This document shows, in pieces, positions 10,055 to 19,925 of a stretch of DNA of 64,000 nt; the first letter of the stretch is position 1, and the number at the start of each line of letters is the position of its first letter. The position numbers were made by a program, and so were the translations under genes. This DNA comes from a virus (taxonomy: Duplodnaviria; Caudoviricetes), in the IMG/VR virus record IMGVR_UViG_3300005841_000939. One strand, 5' to 3'. The notes beneath the pieces were generated by a model. It worked only from the letters and a program-made list of their open reading frames with translations. It was not told the origin of the DNA and ran no database searches.

Positions 10055-10671
10055 AAATAGCAATCGTATGCAATGGATGGAAATGTCGTTTGAAAGAAAA
10101 TGGTACATTCATTGATTCATGTGATTATGTCATTCGCATGAATAGATTTAATTTAGAAGGATTTGAAAAATACGTTGGATCTAAAACAAGTGCAGTATCA
10201 CTAATGATAACTGGTGAAGGAACAACATCTGGAATTCTTGGACATGATCCTTTATTAAAATATGTACCAGACGCCAAACATATTTGGATTCCTGACAAAT
10301 ATCGTGCAGAGCATCAGCATCAAAGAAATAGGGCAGCGGATCATTATCGTAAATCATTAGATGATTTTTTATTTGTTGATGGCATAGTTTATGACAGACT
10401 TTATAATAAGATGCAATCATTATCTGAGGGTAAAGGTGTTAGACGAGAATGGTATTATCCTGATTCAGGGATGACTAATATAGAAACAGCTTTATATAGA
10501 TTTCCTAATTCACAAATATTTGTTTTTGGATTTGATCCTCATCGCAAACATCCATACAAATATTATTGGGACAACAGTGAAGATGGTTTTGCTGAAAATG
10601 AACATCCACAAGTAGCGGAATCAATTTTGTTTGATGAATATATAGAAAAGGGTTTAGTTCATGAGCTTTGA
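10051..10671 (+). CDS. GT29 (sialyltransferase)-like glycosyltransferase
   Basis: Sialylmotif-L-like IAIVCNG...IDSCDYVIRMN, motif-S-like PDSG...FVFGFD, motif-VS-like HPQVAE. Confidence 0.6.
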   Translation: MKIAIVCNGWKCRLKENGTFIDSCDYVIRMNRFNLEGFEKYVGSKTSAVSLMITGEGTTSGILGHDPLLKYVPDAKHIWIPDKYRAEHQHQRNRAADHYRKSLDDFLFVDGIVYDRLYNKMQSLSEGKGVRREWYYPDSGMTNIETALYRFPNSQIFVFGFDPHRKHPYKYYWDNSEDGFAENEHPQVAESILFDEYIEKGLVHEL

Positions 10672-11434
10672 TTTACGCCAAAGTACTTTCATAATTCCAT
10701 ATAAGTATGATACTCCTGAAAGACTTAGGAATATTAATGCTGTAGTGACCTATTTACAAAAGCATTTACAAACAAATATCATGGTTTGGGAAGAAGGTCC
10801 AAATTCAACGTACAAACCACATTCTGGCGTAGATTATACATACGTGCAGTCAACTGGTGAATTATTTCATCGTACTGCAATTCTTAATAAATTAACAAAG
10901 AAAACAGTCACCCCTGTTGTTTTTGTTTATGATACTGATGTTTTACTTGATCCTGCACAATATGTTGCTGCACAAGAAATAATTGTTTCTAGAGGGGCTG
11001 ATATGGTTTTTCCATATGATGGCCGTTTTTTAAATATTCATAATCCTGATATTATTAATTATGTAATACAAACCTTGTCAGTTGCGGGACTTAATAATGA
11101 AACGGATACATCAGTAAATCATCCTAATAGTGTTGGTGGAGCAATCGCTTTCAAGCGTGAATCATATTTTAGATTTGGTTTAGAGAATGAAAATTTTGTT
11201 AGCTGGGGCTGGGAAGATAATGAGAGAATAACACGAATTCAAAAGCTTGGTGGATCTATAATTCGCATTCGTGGTCCACTTTTCCACTTGAATCATCCAT
11301 CATCAACAAACAGTGCTAATACATCACATAAACCTTATTTTGATAATCAGCAAGAGTATATAAAAGTGGCAAACATGCCACCCGAACAATTACGGGCATA
11401 TATTAATTCATGGCCCTGGAGATTTGATGAATGA
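10661..11434 (+). CDS. GT7/GT2 (galactosyltransferase C-terminal-like) glycosyltransferase, paralog 1
   Basis: YDTD, SVGG, ENENFVSWGWED, LFHLNH. Confidence 0.8.
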   Translation: MSFDLRQSTFIIPYKYDTPERLRNINAVVTYLQKHLQTNIMVWEEGPNSTYKPHSGVDYTYVQSTGELFHRTAILNKLTKKTVTPVVFVYDTDVLLDPAQYVAAQEIIVSRGADMVFPYDGRFLNIHNPDIINYVIQTLSVAGLNNETDTSVNHPNSVGGAIAFKRESYFRFGLENENFVSWGWEDNERITRIQKLGGSIIRIRGPLFHLNHPSSTNSANTSHKPYFDNQQEYIKVANMPPEQLRAYINSWPWRFDE

Positions 11435-12207
11435 TTTCTTTAACTGATGTAACATTTACCATACCAGTTAAGTTTGATTCCAATGATAGAAAAAGGAATC
11501 TAGCAACTATAGTAGGGTATCTTCTTAAAAATTTCAATACAAATATAATAATTCTTGAAGATGGCCCTCATCATGCCGTTCAAGATGTATTGTCGGAGTA
11601 TAATAAAAAATATACTCACATATTTGTAAAAAAGACTAATAATGATTTGATGCATAGAACCATGTATTTAAATTTCATGGCAAAGGAAGCAAAGACACCA
11701 ATCATTGTTAATTATGATACTGATGTTTTATTGCCAATTGATCAATATGTTAAGTCGGTGGATTTAATTCGCAATGGAATAGCTGATGGTGTTTATCCTT
11801 ATGCTGGAAAATTTATCAATATAGAAGGTCAGCTTCAAGAGCTAGTTATAAAAAATAAATCTCTCATGGGCATCACGGAATCAAGTGGGCGCTGCTTGGC
11901 AGAAAATAGTTATGGTGGATGTGTTTTTTGGAATAAAGATAAATTCATACAAGGTGGAATGGAAAACGAAAACTTTATTTCTTGGGGACCTGAAGATTTG
12001 GAACGTTATATCAGATTTACAAAAATGGGATATAAGATTCAACGTATACCTGGTGTACTTTACCATTTGAATCATCAAAAGAGTTTAAATAGTGCAAATA
12101 TGCAGCACTCTGCATTTCAAAATAATGAAGCTGAATATCAAAAAGTTAAGAATATGCATCCTGAAGAGTTGAAAAATTATATAAAATCTTGGAAATGGAT
12201 GTCATGA
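11431..12207 (+). CDS. GT7/GT2 glycosyltransferase, paralog 2
   Basis: YDTD, GGCVF, GGMENENFISWGPED, LYHLNH. Confidence 0.8.
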   Translation: MISLTDVTFTIPVKFDSNDRKRNLATIVGYLLKNFNTNIIILEDGPHHAVQDVLSEYNKKYTHIFVKKTNNDLMHRTMYLNFMAKEAKTPIIVNYDTDVLLPIDQYVKSVDLIRNGIADGVYPYAGKFINIEGQLQELVIKNKSLMGITESSGRCLAENSYGGCVFWNKDKFIQGGMENENFISWGPEDLERYIRFTKMGYKIQRIPGVLYHLNHQKSLNSANMQHSAFQNNEAEYQKVKNMHPEELKNYIKSWKWMS

Positions 12208-13061
12208 ACGAAATACGATTAAGATTAATTGAATCTGATAATGGTGATTGGTCAACCCAATTTATTTCATGGAATGCTGGCAAAGATACTTATAAAAATA
12301 TAAAAATAGTAAATGATGATTCATACACACACTTGGCATTATTCAATGATGTGTACATGCAAACGAATATTCCCAAAGAAAATGTTGTTGGATTTGTAAC
12401 AGAGCCAAACTATTTTGAACGAATAAAAAAATATCAATCATTCGTTATAGAAAATATAAAAACATTTTATAGTTATAAATTGGATGAGCTGGATCCAATT
12501 CATTTCAAGTTTGGAATGTCATATTTGGGTCCAATAAAGCCACCAATTGATGCATCATTGCCACCAAAAACAAAAAAGATGTCTTTCCTAGCATCTAACA
12601 AGACATATTTTCCTGGTCATAGATTTCGGCACATATTAATTCATCATATTTTAAAAACCAATATGGATATTGACATTTATGGCCGTGGATTGGAAACATT
12701 GTACCATGATCCAAGAATTAAAGGTACATTAGGATATGACGAAAAGTCAAAAGCATACGATGATTATCAGTTTACTATTTCAATAGAGAATGATTTCCTA
12801 CCATATTGGGTTAGTGAAAAATATTGGGACCCTATTCTTTGTGGATGTATTCCACTATATTTGGGTGCTGAAAAAATTGATGAAATCTTTAGTGGACATA
12901 GTCACTATATCTTGAGAAAAGACACAGCATTTGACCAAATTGCTTGGATTTATAATAATTTTGACTCAATTAAAGATGATAAATCAGCAATTTTTAGTCA
13001 AAGTATCATCAAAAAAACACATAATATGCCTGAATTTATTTGGCAGCATTTTAACCATTAA
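12204..13061 (+). CDS. GT10 (alpha-1,3-fucosyltransferase)-like glycosyltransferase
   Basis: FTISIEN...YWVSEKYWDPILCGCIPLYLG fucosyltransferase motif. Confidence 0.7.
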   Translation: MNEIRLRLIESDNGDWSTQFISWNAGKDTYKNIKIVNDDSYTHLALFNDVYMQTNIPKENVVGFVTEPNYFERIKKYQSFVIENIKTFYSYKLDELDPIHFKFGMSYLGPIKPPIDASLPPKTKKMSFLASNKTYFPGHRFRHILIHHILKTNMDIDIYGRGLETLYHDPRIKGTLGYDEKSKAYDDYQFTISIENDFLPYWVSEKYWDPILCGCIPLYLGAEKIDEIFSGHSHYILRKDTAFDQIAWIYNNFDSIKDDKSAIFSQSIIKKTHNMPEFIWQHFNH

Positions 13062-13078
13062 TCATATAGAATACTTAC

Positions 13079-13972
13079 ATGGAAAATACATTCATTTGGA
13101 CTGAAATTTATAATTGCGGTAAGATTGCAAAAATTGCTTTGGAAAGTTTTTTCCATTGGCATCCTGATACACGTATTCATGTATATGGATCACAAGAAGA
13201 TTTTAAGTGGATCGCTGAATTTAAAGACAAAATAACTTTTTACGATATTCCAGAATTTATTAAAGAACGTTTTAGAACTGGACATTGGGGTACTGCATCA
13301 TTATGGGCTGCACTTATTCAAAGTCGTCCTGAAAGATGGTTCATACATTTTGATTCTGATGTTGTTTTCAGAAATGAATCACTTTCTGATTTGTATAAGG
13401 CTGTAGAAGAAGGACATAGTGTAGCTGGTCCAATTAGAAATTACAAACACAATCCAAATAATCGGGATGATTGCAGACATTTACCTGATCTATCACAAAC
13501 AGTATTTTTCGTTTTTGATAAAGAAAAAATCAAGAAATATGAATATGAAACATTTGCCAGAATGTGTCAAGGTACAAATAATCCATACAACCATCCAATG
13601 ATTGATTTCTTTGATCCAGTCATGTTTGACATCATTTATAATGGTGGAACTATTAAGCATTTGGAACATAATGACTACGGTGGATGCGATTATTTCGGTA
13701 AACGTATTACCAATAAATATGGTGAAATAAATCGTTGGATTGATTTTGGAGATAAATTAGCACATTTTAGTGCTGTAGGTTCTGGTATGAACTTTTATCA
13801 CCACGCAGACAAAATAGTCAATGTACCTATTGGTTATGTCAATTATGCAGTTGAACGTTATGCACTATATTGTAAAATATTTTACAACGAAGACTTGGGC
13901 ATACCAATTGATCAAGTAAAATATGGTCCATTTTTAAACTTGAGTCGCAATATGTGGTTTGGATTGGAATAA
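13079..13972 (+). CDS. Putative glycosyltransferase (GT-A, DSD motif), family unassigned
   Basis: IHFDSDVVF; located in the glycan island. Confidence 0.5.
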   Translation: MENTFIWTEIYNCGKIAKIALESFFHWHPDTRIHVYGSQEDFKWIAEFKDKITFYDIPEFIKERFRTGHWGTASLWAALIQSRPERWFIHFDSDVVFRNESLSDLYKAVEEGHSVAGPIRNYKHNPNNRDDCRHLPDLSQTVFFVFDKEKIKKYEYETFARMCQGTNNPYNHPMIDFFDPVMFDIIYNGGTIKHLEHNDYGGCDYFGKRITNKYGEINRWIDFGDKLAHFSAVGSGMNFYHHADKIVNVPIGYVNYAVERYALYCKIFYNEDLGIPIDQVKYGPFLNLSRNMWFGLE

Positions 13973-13975
13973 TAC

Positions 13976-14704
13976 ATGAGCGACTTAACTAATCCAAAAA
14001 TTCTCAATTTCCTATCAGTATTGAAATTCAATATAAGTAAAGAACCTTTTATTATTGATATTGGAACTGGACGTGGAGATTTTGTAAGTCACTGTCGTCA
14101 TGGTGGATTAGGTGTTCATGGTACAATTGGCCATTATGAAGTATTTGAACCAATTGATTATAACATTCATGATTTAGTAAAACGTTTCGCTAGTAATAAA
14201 GTTGTGGTAAATCCATTCGCAATTGATCTTGAAGATGGTGAAGGTACATTTCATCTTATAGGAAATAGAACACCAGAAGATGCAATGAGTAGTTTGCACA
14301 ATAGACCAGCATTTGCTAACTTTCCACGTCAAGAAATAACAGTAAAAAAGAAACGTATGGATACTTGGTGGTCTGAAAGATTTCCAAATGCTACCGCAGG
14401 AATTATTGATCTAATTAATATTGATACCGAGGGTAACGAACTCAGAGTATTGCAAAGTTTTGGTGCAATACTTGATGGCAATATTCATGCAAGAGCAATT
14501 CAATTCAAATATGGTTTATGTTGGAAAGATAGTGGAGCATCTATCAAAGATATGAAAGCTTTACTTGATAACAAAGGTTATGCTTTATTTGAACACCTTA
14601 CATTTGAAGGTGGCAGACCATTGAATATAATAGAAGACGATTACGAAACCAGAACACATGACGTATTTTTTGCTGTCAGCAAGAAACTTTGGAACATAAA
14701 ATGA
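13976..14704 (+). CDS. FkbM-family methyltransferase
   Basis: IIDIGTGRG, VFEP, SSL, IDLINIDTEGNELRVL, IQFKY. Confidence 0.8.
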   Translation: MSDLTNPKILNFLSVLKFNISKEPFIIDIGTGRGDFVSHCRHGGLGVHGTIGHYEVFEPIDYNIHDLVKRFASNKVVVNPFAIDLEDGEGTFHLIGNRTPEDAMSSLHNRPAFANFPRQEITVKKKRMDTWWSERFPNATAGIIDLINIDTEGNELRVLQSFGAILDGNIHARAIQFKYGLCWKDSGASIKDMKALLDNKGYALFEHLTFEGGRPLNIIEDDYETRTHDVFFAVSKKLWNIK

Positions 14705-15495
14705 TTGATCTAAAAGACTGTACACTCATAATTCCAGTAAGATTTGATGGCCCTGATCGCTTCAGAAATGTTGATATTGTATTGAATTACGTATCAAAAT
14801 TTTGTGATACAAATTTTCTTATCTGTGAACATGATGATGAAACGAAAATAAAACCAGAATACTTAGAAATTCCTAACGTTAAACATTTGTTTATTCCAAC
14901 AACCGATGCATTATTTTATAAAACAAAGTGCATAAATGATGCTGTTAAGCAAATTGAAACACCATTTTTTGCTATCTATGATGCTGATGTTATCATGCCG
15001 CCAGAGCAATATGAGCACACAATAAACGCTCTCCGTAATGCTCGCATGGACATTGTGTATCCATATGATGGCAATTTTTTAAATGTACCTATTTTCACGA
15101 TTGGAAAGATTCGTCGTGAACTTGATACTAGTTTTATCAATCAACATCACTGTAAGCCAGGATTTGGTATGCCTGAACTAAACACCAATAAAGGTTCAGT
15201 TGGTGGCTGTGTATTTTTCAATAAAGAAAGTTTTATTGAAGGTGGAATGATGAATGAAAACATGATTTCATATGGTCCAGAAGATGCAGAAGTATTTTGG
15301 AGATTTAGAGCATTAGATTATAAATTGCATCGTGTGAGTGGTCCATTGTATCATCTAACACATGCTCGCGGTCTAAATAGTGGAGAATCCCACCCAAATG
15401 CTGAAAAGAATCATGAAGAATTTCAACTTATCATGAGATTAGATAAAGAAGATTTGAAGGCATATGTAGCAACTTGGAAATGGACAAAAGAATGA
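14701..15495 (+). CDS. GT7/GT2 glycosyltransferase, paralog 3
   Basis: YDAD, SVGGCVF, GGMMNENMISYGPED, LYHLTH. Confidence 0.8.
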   Translation: MIDLKDCTLIIPVRFDGPDRFRNVDIVLNYVSKFCDTNFLICEHDDETKIKPEYLEIPNVKHLFIPTTDALFYKTKCINDAVKQIETPFFAIYDADVIMPPEQYEHTINALRNARMDIVYPYDGNFLNVPIFTIGKIRRELDTSFINQHHCKPGFGMPELNTNKGSVGGCVFFNKESFIEGGMMNENMISYGPEDAEVFWRFRALDYKLHRVSGPLYHLTHARGLNSGESHPNAEKNHEEFQLIMRLDKEDLKAYVATWKWTKE

Positions 15496-16283
15496 CTCAA
15501 GCAAAAATAAATCTAAAAGATTTAACTTTTACTATTCCTGTTAGATATGATACAGATGATAGAATCAGAAATCTGATAGCCCTTTTAAACTATTTGACGC
15601 ATTGGTTTGACACAAATATCATTGTTTGGGAAGAAGATAATGCACCTAAATTTCACACATTTCTTCAATCATACCCAAATGTAAAGTATGTTTTCAAACA
15701 AGCTGAAAATGATATTTTCTTTCGCACACGGATTTTAAATGATATGGCAAGAATGGCTGATACTCCATATATTGCTAATTATGATTGTGATTGTATTTTA
15801 TATCCTCAACAATATGTTGATGCAGTTAATCAATTAAGAAATAACACAAGTGATATTTGTACTGCATTTACATCTTTTACATTTGATGTTCCAAAACAAT
15901 TTCATTCTCGCATTATTCAAGAACGTAGTGTATTTTGGTTACATCCAAATCAATGCGTATGCGTAAATAGTACAGCAGTTGCAATGGGTGGTTGTGTTTT
16001 CTGGAATAAAGCAAAGTTCATTGAAGCTGGTATGGAAAATGAAAACTTTGTTTCTTGGGGTCCAGAAGATCAGGAACGTGTTCACCGCGCATTAAAATTG
16101 GGTATGCGTTATACCAGAGCACAAGGTATATTATTCCATTTGCAGCATGATCGTTTACAAAATAGTGGCGATGGTCATAGATTTATCACTCAAAACAATA
16201 AAGAGTTTGAGAAGATTAAACAAATGGATAGCGCACAATTGCGTTCTTATATTGCAACTTGGCCGTGGGTTTCGCGAAAGTAA
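15492..16283 (+). CDS. GT7/GT2 glycosyltransferase, paralog 4
   Basis: YDCD, GGCVF, AGMENENFVSWGPED, LFHLQH. Confidence 0.8.
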   Translation: MTQAKINLKDLTFTIPVRYDTDDRIRNLIALLNYLTHWFDTNIIVWEEDNAPKFHTFLQSYPNVKYVFKQAENDIFFRTRILNDMARMADTPYIANYDCDCILYPQQYVDAVNQLRNNTSDICTAFTSFTFDVPKQFHSRIIQERSVFWLHPNQCVCVNSTAVAMGGCVFWNKAKFIEAGMENENFVSWGPEDQERVHRALKLGMRYTRAQGILFHLQHDRLQNSGDGHRFITQNNKEFEKIKQMDSAQLRSYIATWPWVSRK

Positions 16284-17194
16284 GCAATAGTTTTATCTAA
16301 ACCAGAATCCAAATTTATTGTTGGGTTCCATTTAAGCTGGGCATTCGCTAATGTGATGTCCGGCTTTCTTTGTTTTGGATCATCCTTGGGGAGTGGTTCA
16401 AATACAATTTTTGATTGTGATCCAGTTTTTTGAATTATTTTTTCAGCCAATTCAAGCATTGTAAATTCACCTGGATTCCCAATATTGATTGGCCCATTTA
16501 CTTTTTTAGCCGATTGCATCATTTGAAATATACCTGCAATAGTATCATCAACGTAACCAAATGATCTTGTTTGTTGACCTTGACCATAGATGGTAATTGG
16601 CTTATTGTTTAATGCTTGCATGATGAAATTTGAAACAACTCTTCCATCATTTGCTGCCATTCTTGGGCCATATGTATTGAATAATCTAACGATTTTCCAT
16701 TCAAGTTTGTGCTTCTTACCAAATTCCATTATCATTGTTTCAGCAGCACGTTTACCTTCGTCATAACAACTACGCGGCCCTTGAGTATTTACATTACCCC
16801 AATATGTTTCGGGTTGAGGATGAATTGATGGATCACCATATACTTCGCTTGTTGATGTATATAAAAATTTAGCTCTATTGGTTTTGGCAATTTCTAATAT
16901 ATTTCTTGTACCTTTTACACATGTATCAAATGTGTAAAGTGGATCTTTCTGATACCAAATTGGACTTGCAGGGCACGCTAAATGATAAACTTGATCAATT
17001 GAACCAAAATCTATTGTATCGTTTACATCACCATTGATGAATATAAATTGTTTATTTCCTTCTAATTCTTTGATATTTTCATAACTACTGGAATAAAGAT
17101 TATCTAAACAAAGCACAGTATGTCCTTTGCTAATGAGTAATCTTGTTAAATTGCTGCCAAGAAAGCCAGCACCACCAGTAATTAGAATTCTCAT
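16247..17194 (-). CDS. uxs: UDP-glucuronate decarboxylase (UDP-xylose synthase)
   Basis: GGAGFLG, HLACPASP, STSEVYGDP, PQPETYWGNVN, RSCYDEGKRAAET, FNTYGPRM..DGRVVSNF, DDPKQRKPDI. Confidence 0.9.
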   Translation of the reverse strand: MRILITGGAGFLGSNLTRLLISKGHTVLCLDNLYSSSYENIKELEGNKQFIFINGDVNDTIDFGSIDQVYHLACPASPIWYQKDPLYTFDTCVKGTRNILEIAKTNRAKFLYTSTSEVYGDPSIHPQPETYWGNVNTQGPRSCYDEGKRAAETMIMEFGKKHKLEWKIVRLFNTYGPRMAANDGRVVSNFIMQALNNKPITIYGQGQQTRSFGYVDDTIAGIFQMMQSAKKVNGPINIGNPGEFTMLELAEKIIQKTGSQSKIVFEPLPKDDPKQRKPDITLANAQLKWNPTINLDSGLDKTIAYFRETHGQVAI

Positions 17195-18411
17195 GCCAAA
17201 ATAGCTTTCAATGTCTTGGCAAAGTATTTTATTTCTTCGTGGAGTACCAAGTGACTATTTCCAATGAAGAATCCACAACGATCAATTTCATCTGCAACAG
17301 ACATTGAACCAAATATTTCATGGTCCATGTACTTAATAACAGGATTTTTTGTAAAATTACCAGCAACAATAGGTCTACATTCAATTCCAGCGGCAACTAA
17401 CTTTGAAACGACCTCATCACGTTTTGATGATGATTTGCCAGTCAAAATTATTGAGAATCCAAAATAACTATGTGTTGATTCATTATGACTTAATTGAATT
17501 CTAATATCTTTAATATCATGGGTTTCACTCATAAATGATAAAGCATTGTTTTGGCGCTGTTCAATCAAACCATCTAATTTGTCTAATTGATGCAAGCCAA
17601 TAGCTGCATAGATTTCATTTGGACGAAGATTATATCCTGGCAATACGAATCTGAACAAATCATTAAACGGTACGCCATCTTTAACCCAAACATGGTTATT
17701 GACTGGCAATTCTCTTGTCCATCCGTGAGCACGAAGTGATAACATTATTTGATACAATTCTTCGTTGTTAGTGAGAGTTATACCACCTTCAACTGTGCAA
17801 ATGTGATGTGAGAAGAATGAAGAAAATGTTCCTAACAAACCATGTGCTCCACAATATGCATTTTCATAAGTTGCGCCCATTGATTCACAATTGTCCTCAA
17901 TAAGAATAAGATTATGAGCATCACAAAGCTTCTTTAAGCTTTTTAAATTGCATGGATTACCAAGCAAGTGAACAGCAAGAATAGCTTTTGTTTTTGATGT
18001 AATTGCAGCTTCAACTAAACCAGCATCCATATTCAAAGTTTTTGGATCAATATCAACAAATTTGAGCTTCAAATTATATTGTTGTAAAGGATAATATGTA
18101 GTACTCCAAGAAACTGCAGGGACGATAACTTCATCCCCTTCTTTTAATCCACCTTCTTTTTTGAACATCAATGCGCCAATAGCAAGAAGATTAGCAGATG
18201 ATCCACTATTGGACATGACTGCATATTTTGAACCAAATTTCTTAGCAAATTTCTCTTCAAACTGTTTTACGATTGGTCCCATGGTGCATCTACCAGACTT
18301 AATAACGTCAATAGCTGCATTTATTTCACGTTCATCCCATGATGAACTCGCCAATGGATAAACAGGGACACCTTTGTTTTTATCTTTAAAAATTAATTCT
18401 GTCTCAGACAT
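17191..18411 (-). CDS. colD: PLP-dependent GDP-4-keto-6-deoxymannose 3-dehydratase (ColD-type, DegT/DnrJ family)
   Basis: NSGSSANL, EDNCESMGA, and FSSFFSHHICTVEGG with His where aminotransferases have the PLP Lys. Confidence 0.82.
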   Translation of the reverse strand: MSETELIFKDKNKGVPVYPLASSSWDEREINAAIDVIKSGRCTMGPIVKQFEEKFAKKFGSKYAVMSNSGSSANLLAIGALMFKKEGGLKEGDEVIVPAVSWSTTYYPLQQYNLKLKFVDIDPKTLNMDAGLVEAAITSKTKAILAVHLLGNPCNLKSLKKLCDAHNLILIEDNCESMGATYENAYCGAHGLLGTFSSFFSHHICTVEGGITLTNNEELYQIMLSLRAHGWTRELPVNNHVWVKDGVPFNDLFRFVLPGYNLRPNEIYAAIGLHQLDKLDGLIEQRQNNALSFMSETHDIKDIRIQLSHNESTHSYFGFSIILTGKSSSKRDEVVSKLVAAGIECRPIVAGNFTKNPVIKYMDHEIFGSMSVADEIDRCGFFIGNSHLVLHEEIKYFAKTLKAILA

Positions 18412-18423
18412 ACCTTACTCCAT

Positions 18424-19218
18424 TTATGCCCATACGTATTTGAGCGGACCGTGACACATATTATAGACTATGCCATGATTTACTTCTGTTGATAATCTTC
18501 TATTCTTTAGGAATTCAGCATTCAAATAATCCAACGGATCAGTATTTGAGTGATGATTTCCATTTTCTGTTTGTACTTTGTTGTTTGTTGAACAAATACA
18601 TTTTTGATTTTCAAAGCAAATCATCAAGTTTTCACTTGGCATATTTCCACACATCCCACCTTCTAAACTGTTTGGTCCTCTAAAATTCATGTTATTGAGA
18701 TATGCCAAAGAAGCAGTTCTAAAGATTTGGAATGATGCGATTGATGGAGGATAGCCCCAATCACCAGATAAACCTTTCCAATTCCAACTTCTATCAGCAT
18801 TGAATTGTGGTTGTGGTTGTGATCTATTTTCTGTGAAACAAAAGTTTACATAAGGTGCTAAACGTGGGCTTACACAATAAATATCAGGATTTACTAAAAA
18901 AGCTCTTACTTCAGGTGAATCTAATGTGAAATGATTAATAAAAACGTCATCATCAACAATAAATGTTGTTAATGGTCTGCCACCATGACTATTATAAGCT
19001 GCAATGGTATCTTGCCTGAAATTTGTTTCAAAAATCCATTTAAATTCTGGATGTAAGGCTTTGCAACGTTCATAACCAATTCTGAAAAAATCATTACTAT
19101 ATTTGTAGATGATTGTATATTGTTGATCTTTCCAACCCATGAAATATTTTTTCAAAGTTGACAATGTCAAATCAAGTTGTGCTGCTCTATCTTTGGAAAA
19201 AATTATTACATTAATCAT
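18424..19218 (-). CDS. Putative GT-A glycosyltransferase
   Basis: IIFSKDRAAQL, FIVDDDVF; in the sugar operon. Confidence 0.6.
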   Translation of the reverse strand: MINVIIFSKDRAAQLDLTLSTLKKYFMGWKDQQYTIIYKYSNDFFRIGYERCKALHPEFKWIFETNFRQDTIAAYNSHGGRPLTTFIVDDDVFINHFTLDSPEVRAFLVNPDIYCVSPRLAPYVNFCFTENRSQPQPQFNADRSWNWKGLSGDWGYPPSIASFQIFRTASLAYLNNMNFRGPNSLEGGMCGNMPSENLMICFENQKCICSTNNKVQTENGNHHSNTDPLDYLNAEFLKNRRLSTEVNHGIVYNMCHGPLKYVWA

Positions 19219-19220
19219 TA

Positions 19221-19925
19221 TTAGATCCTCTCACCGATCATATAAAATTGGCCACCATATAAATGATCAATTTTCTTTATGGTAAATTTGACGCCAGGAA
19301 TTTGTAAATCTTTGAAATATGTTGTATTATCAATACCTTCAATTTCTTCTTGGAATGCAATCAAATACTTTTTAGCTTTAACTTTACTAAATACTTCATT
19401 TCTAAATGTTGCAGGACATTCAGAAATAGACCACATTGCTATAAACAAATCAACTTCTTTTTCAGGGATGCTAGTATTTAATAGTGTTGTATTATCAATA
19501 CCTTCCAAGTAATATTCTTGAATAAGATTTAAGGTTGGGAAGTCAAAAATAGTGTAATCGGCTGGTCCAATAACTTGATCAAAGACTTTTCTCAAACATC
19601 CATACCCACCACCAAATTCAAAAACACTTTTTACATCAGAATAATCTGATAATTGGCTCAAATGATATGCCTGATGAATTCCAGTATTTGATTGTTCTTT
19701 CAAGTTTGCAATAAATTTTGGTGGTAAAGCACCATATTCTAAGCCAATGTAATTATTAACTGTAATTTCCATTGTATCAGTCAAAGGAACCCATGACCTA
19801 AAATTTCTAATATCTCCATTGATAATTAAATTAAGAAGTTGAACTTGCTTCTCTTGCCAATATTGAATTGATTGTAAGTTAATTTCTTTCAGCAACTCTT
19901 GTGCTTTTTGTTTATAGTCGGTCAC
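19221..19925 (-). CDS. Putative sugar O-methyltransferase (SAM-dependent)
   Basis: VFEFGGGYG, IFDFP, DLFIAMWSISE; GTG start overlaps the fcl stop (GTGA). Confidence 0.7.
   Translation of the reverse strand: MTDYKQKAQELLKEINLQSIQYWQEKQVQLLNLIINGDIRNFRSWVPLTDTMEITVNNYIGLEYGALPPKFIANLKEQSNTGIHQAYHLSQLSDYSDVKSVFEFGGGYGCLRKVFDQVIGPADYTIFDFPTLNLIQEYYLEGIDNTTLLNTSIPEKEVDLFIAMWSISECPATFRNEVFSKVKAKKYLIAFQEEIEGIDNTTYFKDLQIPGVKFTIKKIDHLYGGQFYMIGERI

Noticed and set aside
16247-16283. 37-nt tail-to-tail overlap of the converging glycan operons as a terminator or regulatory element
   Set aside because: No hairpin or U-tract is visible; it is explained by compact packing.
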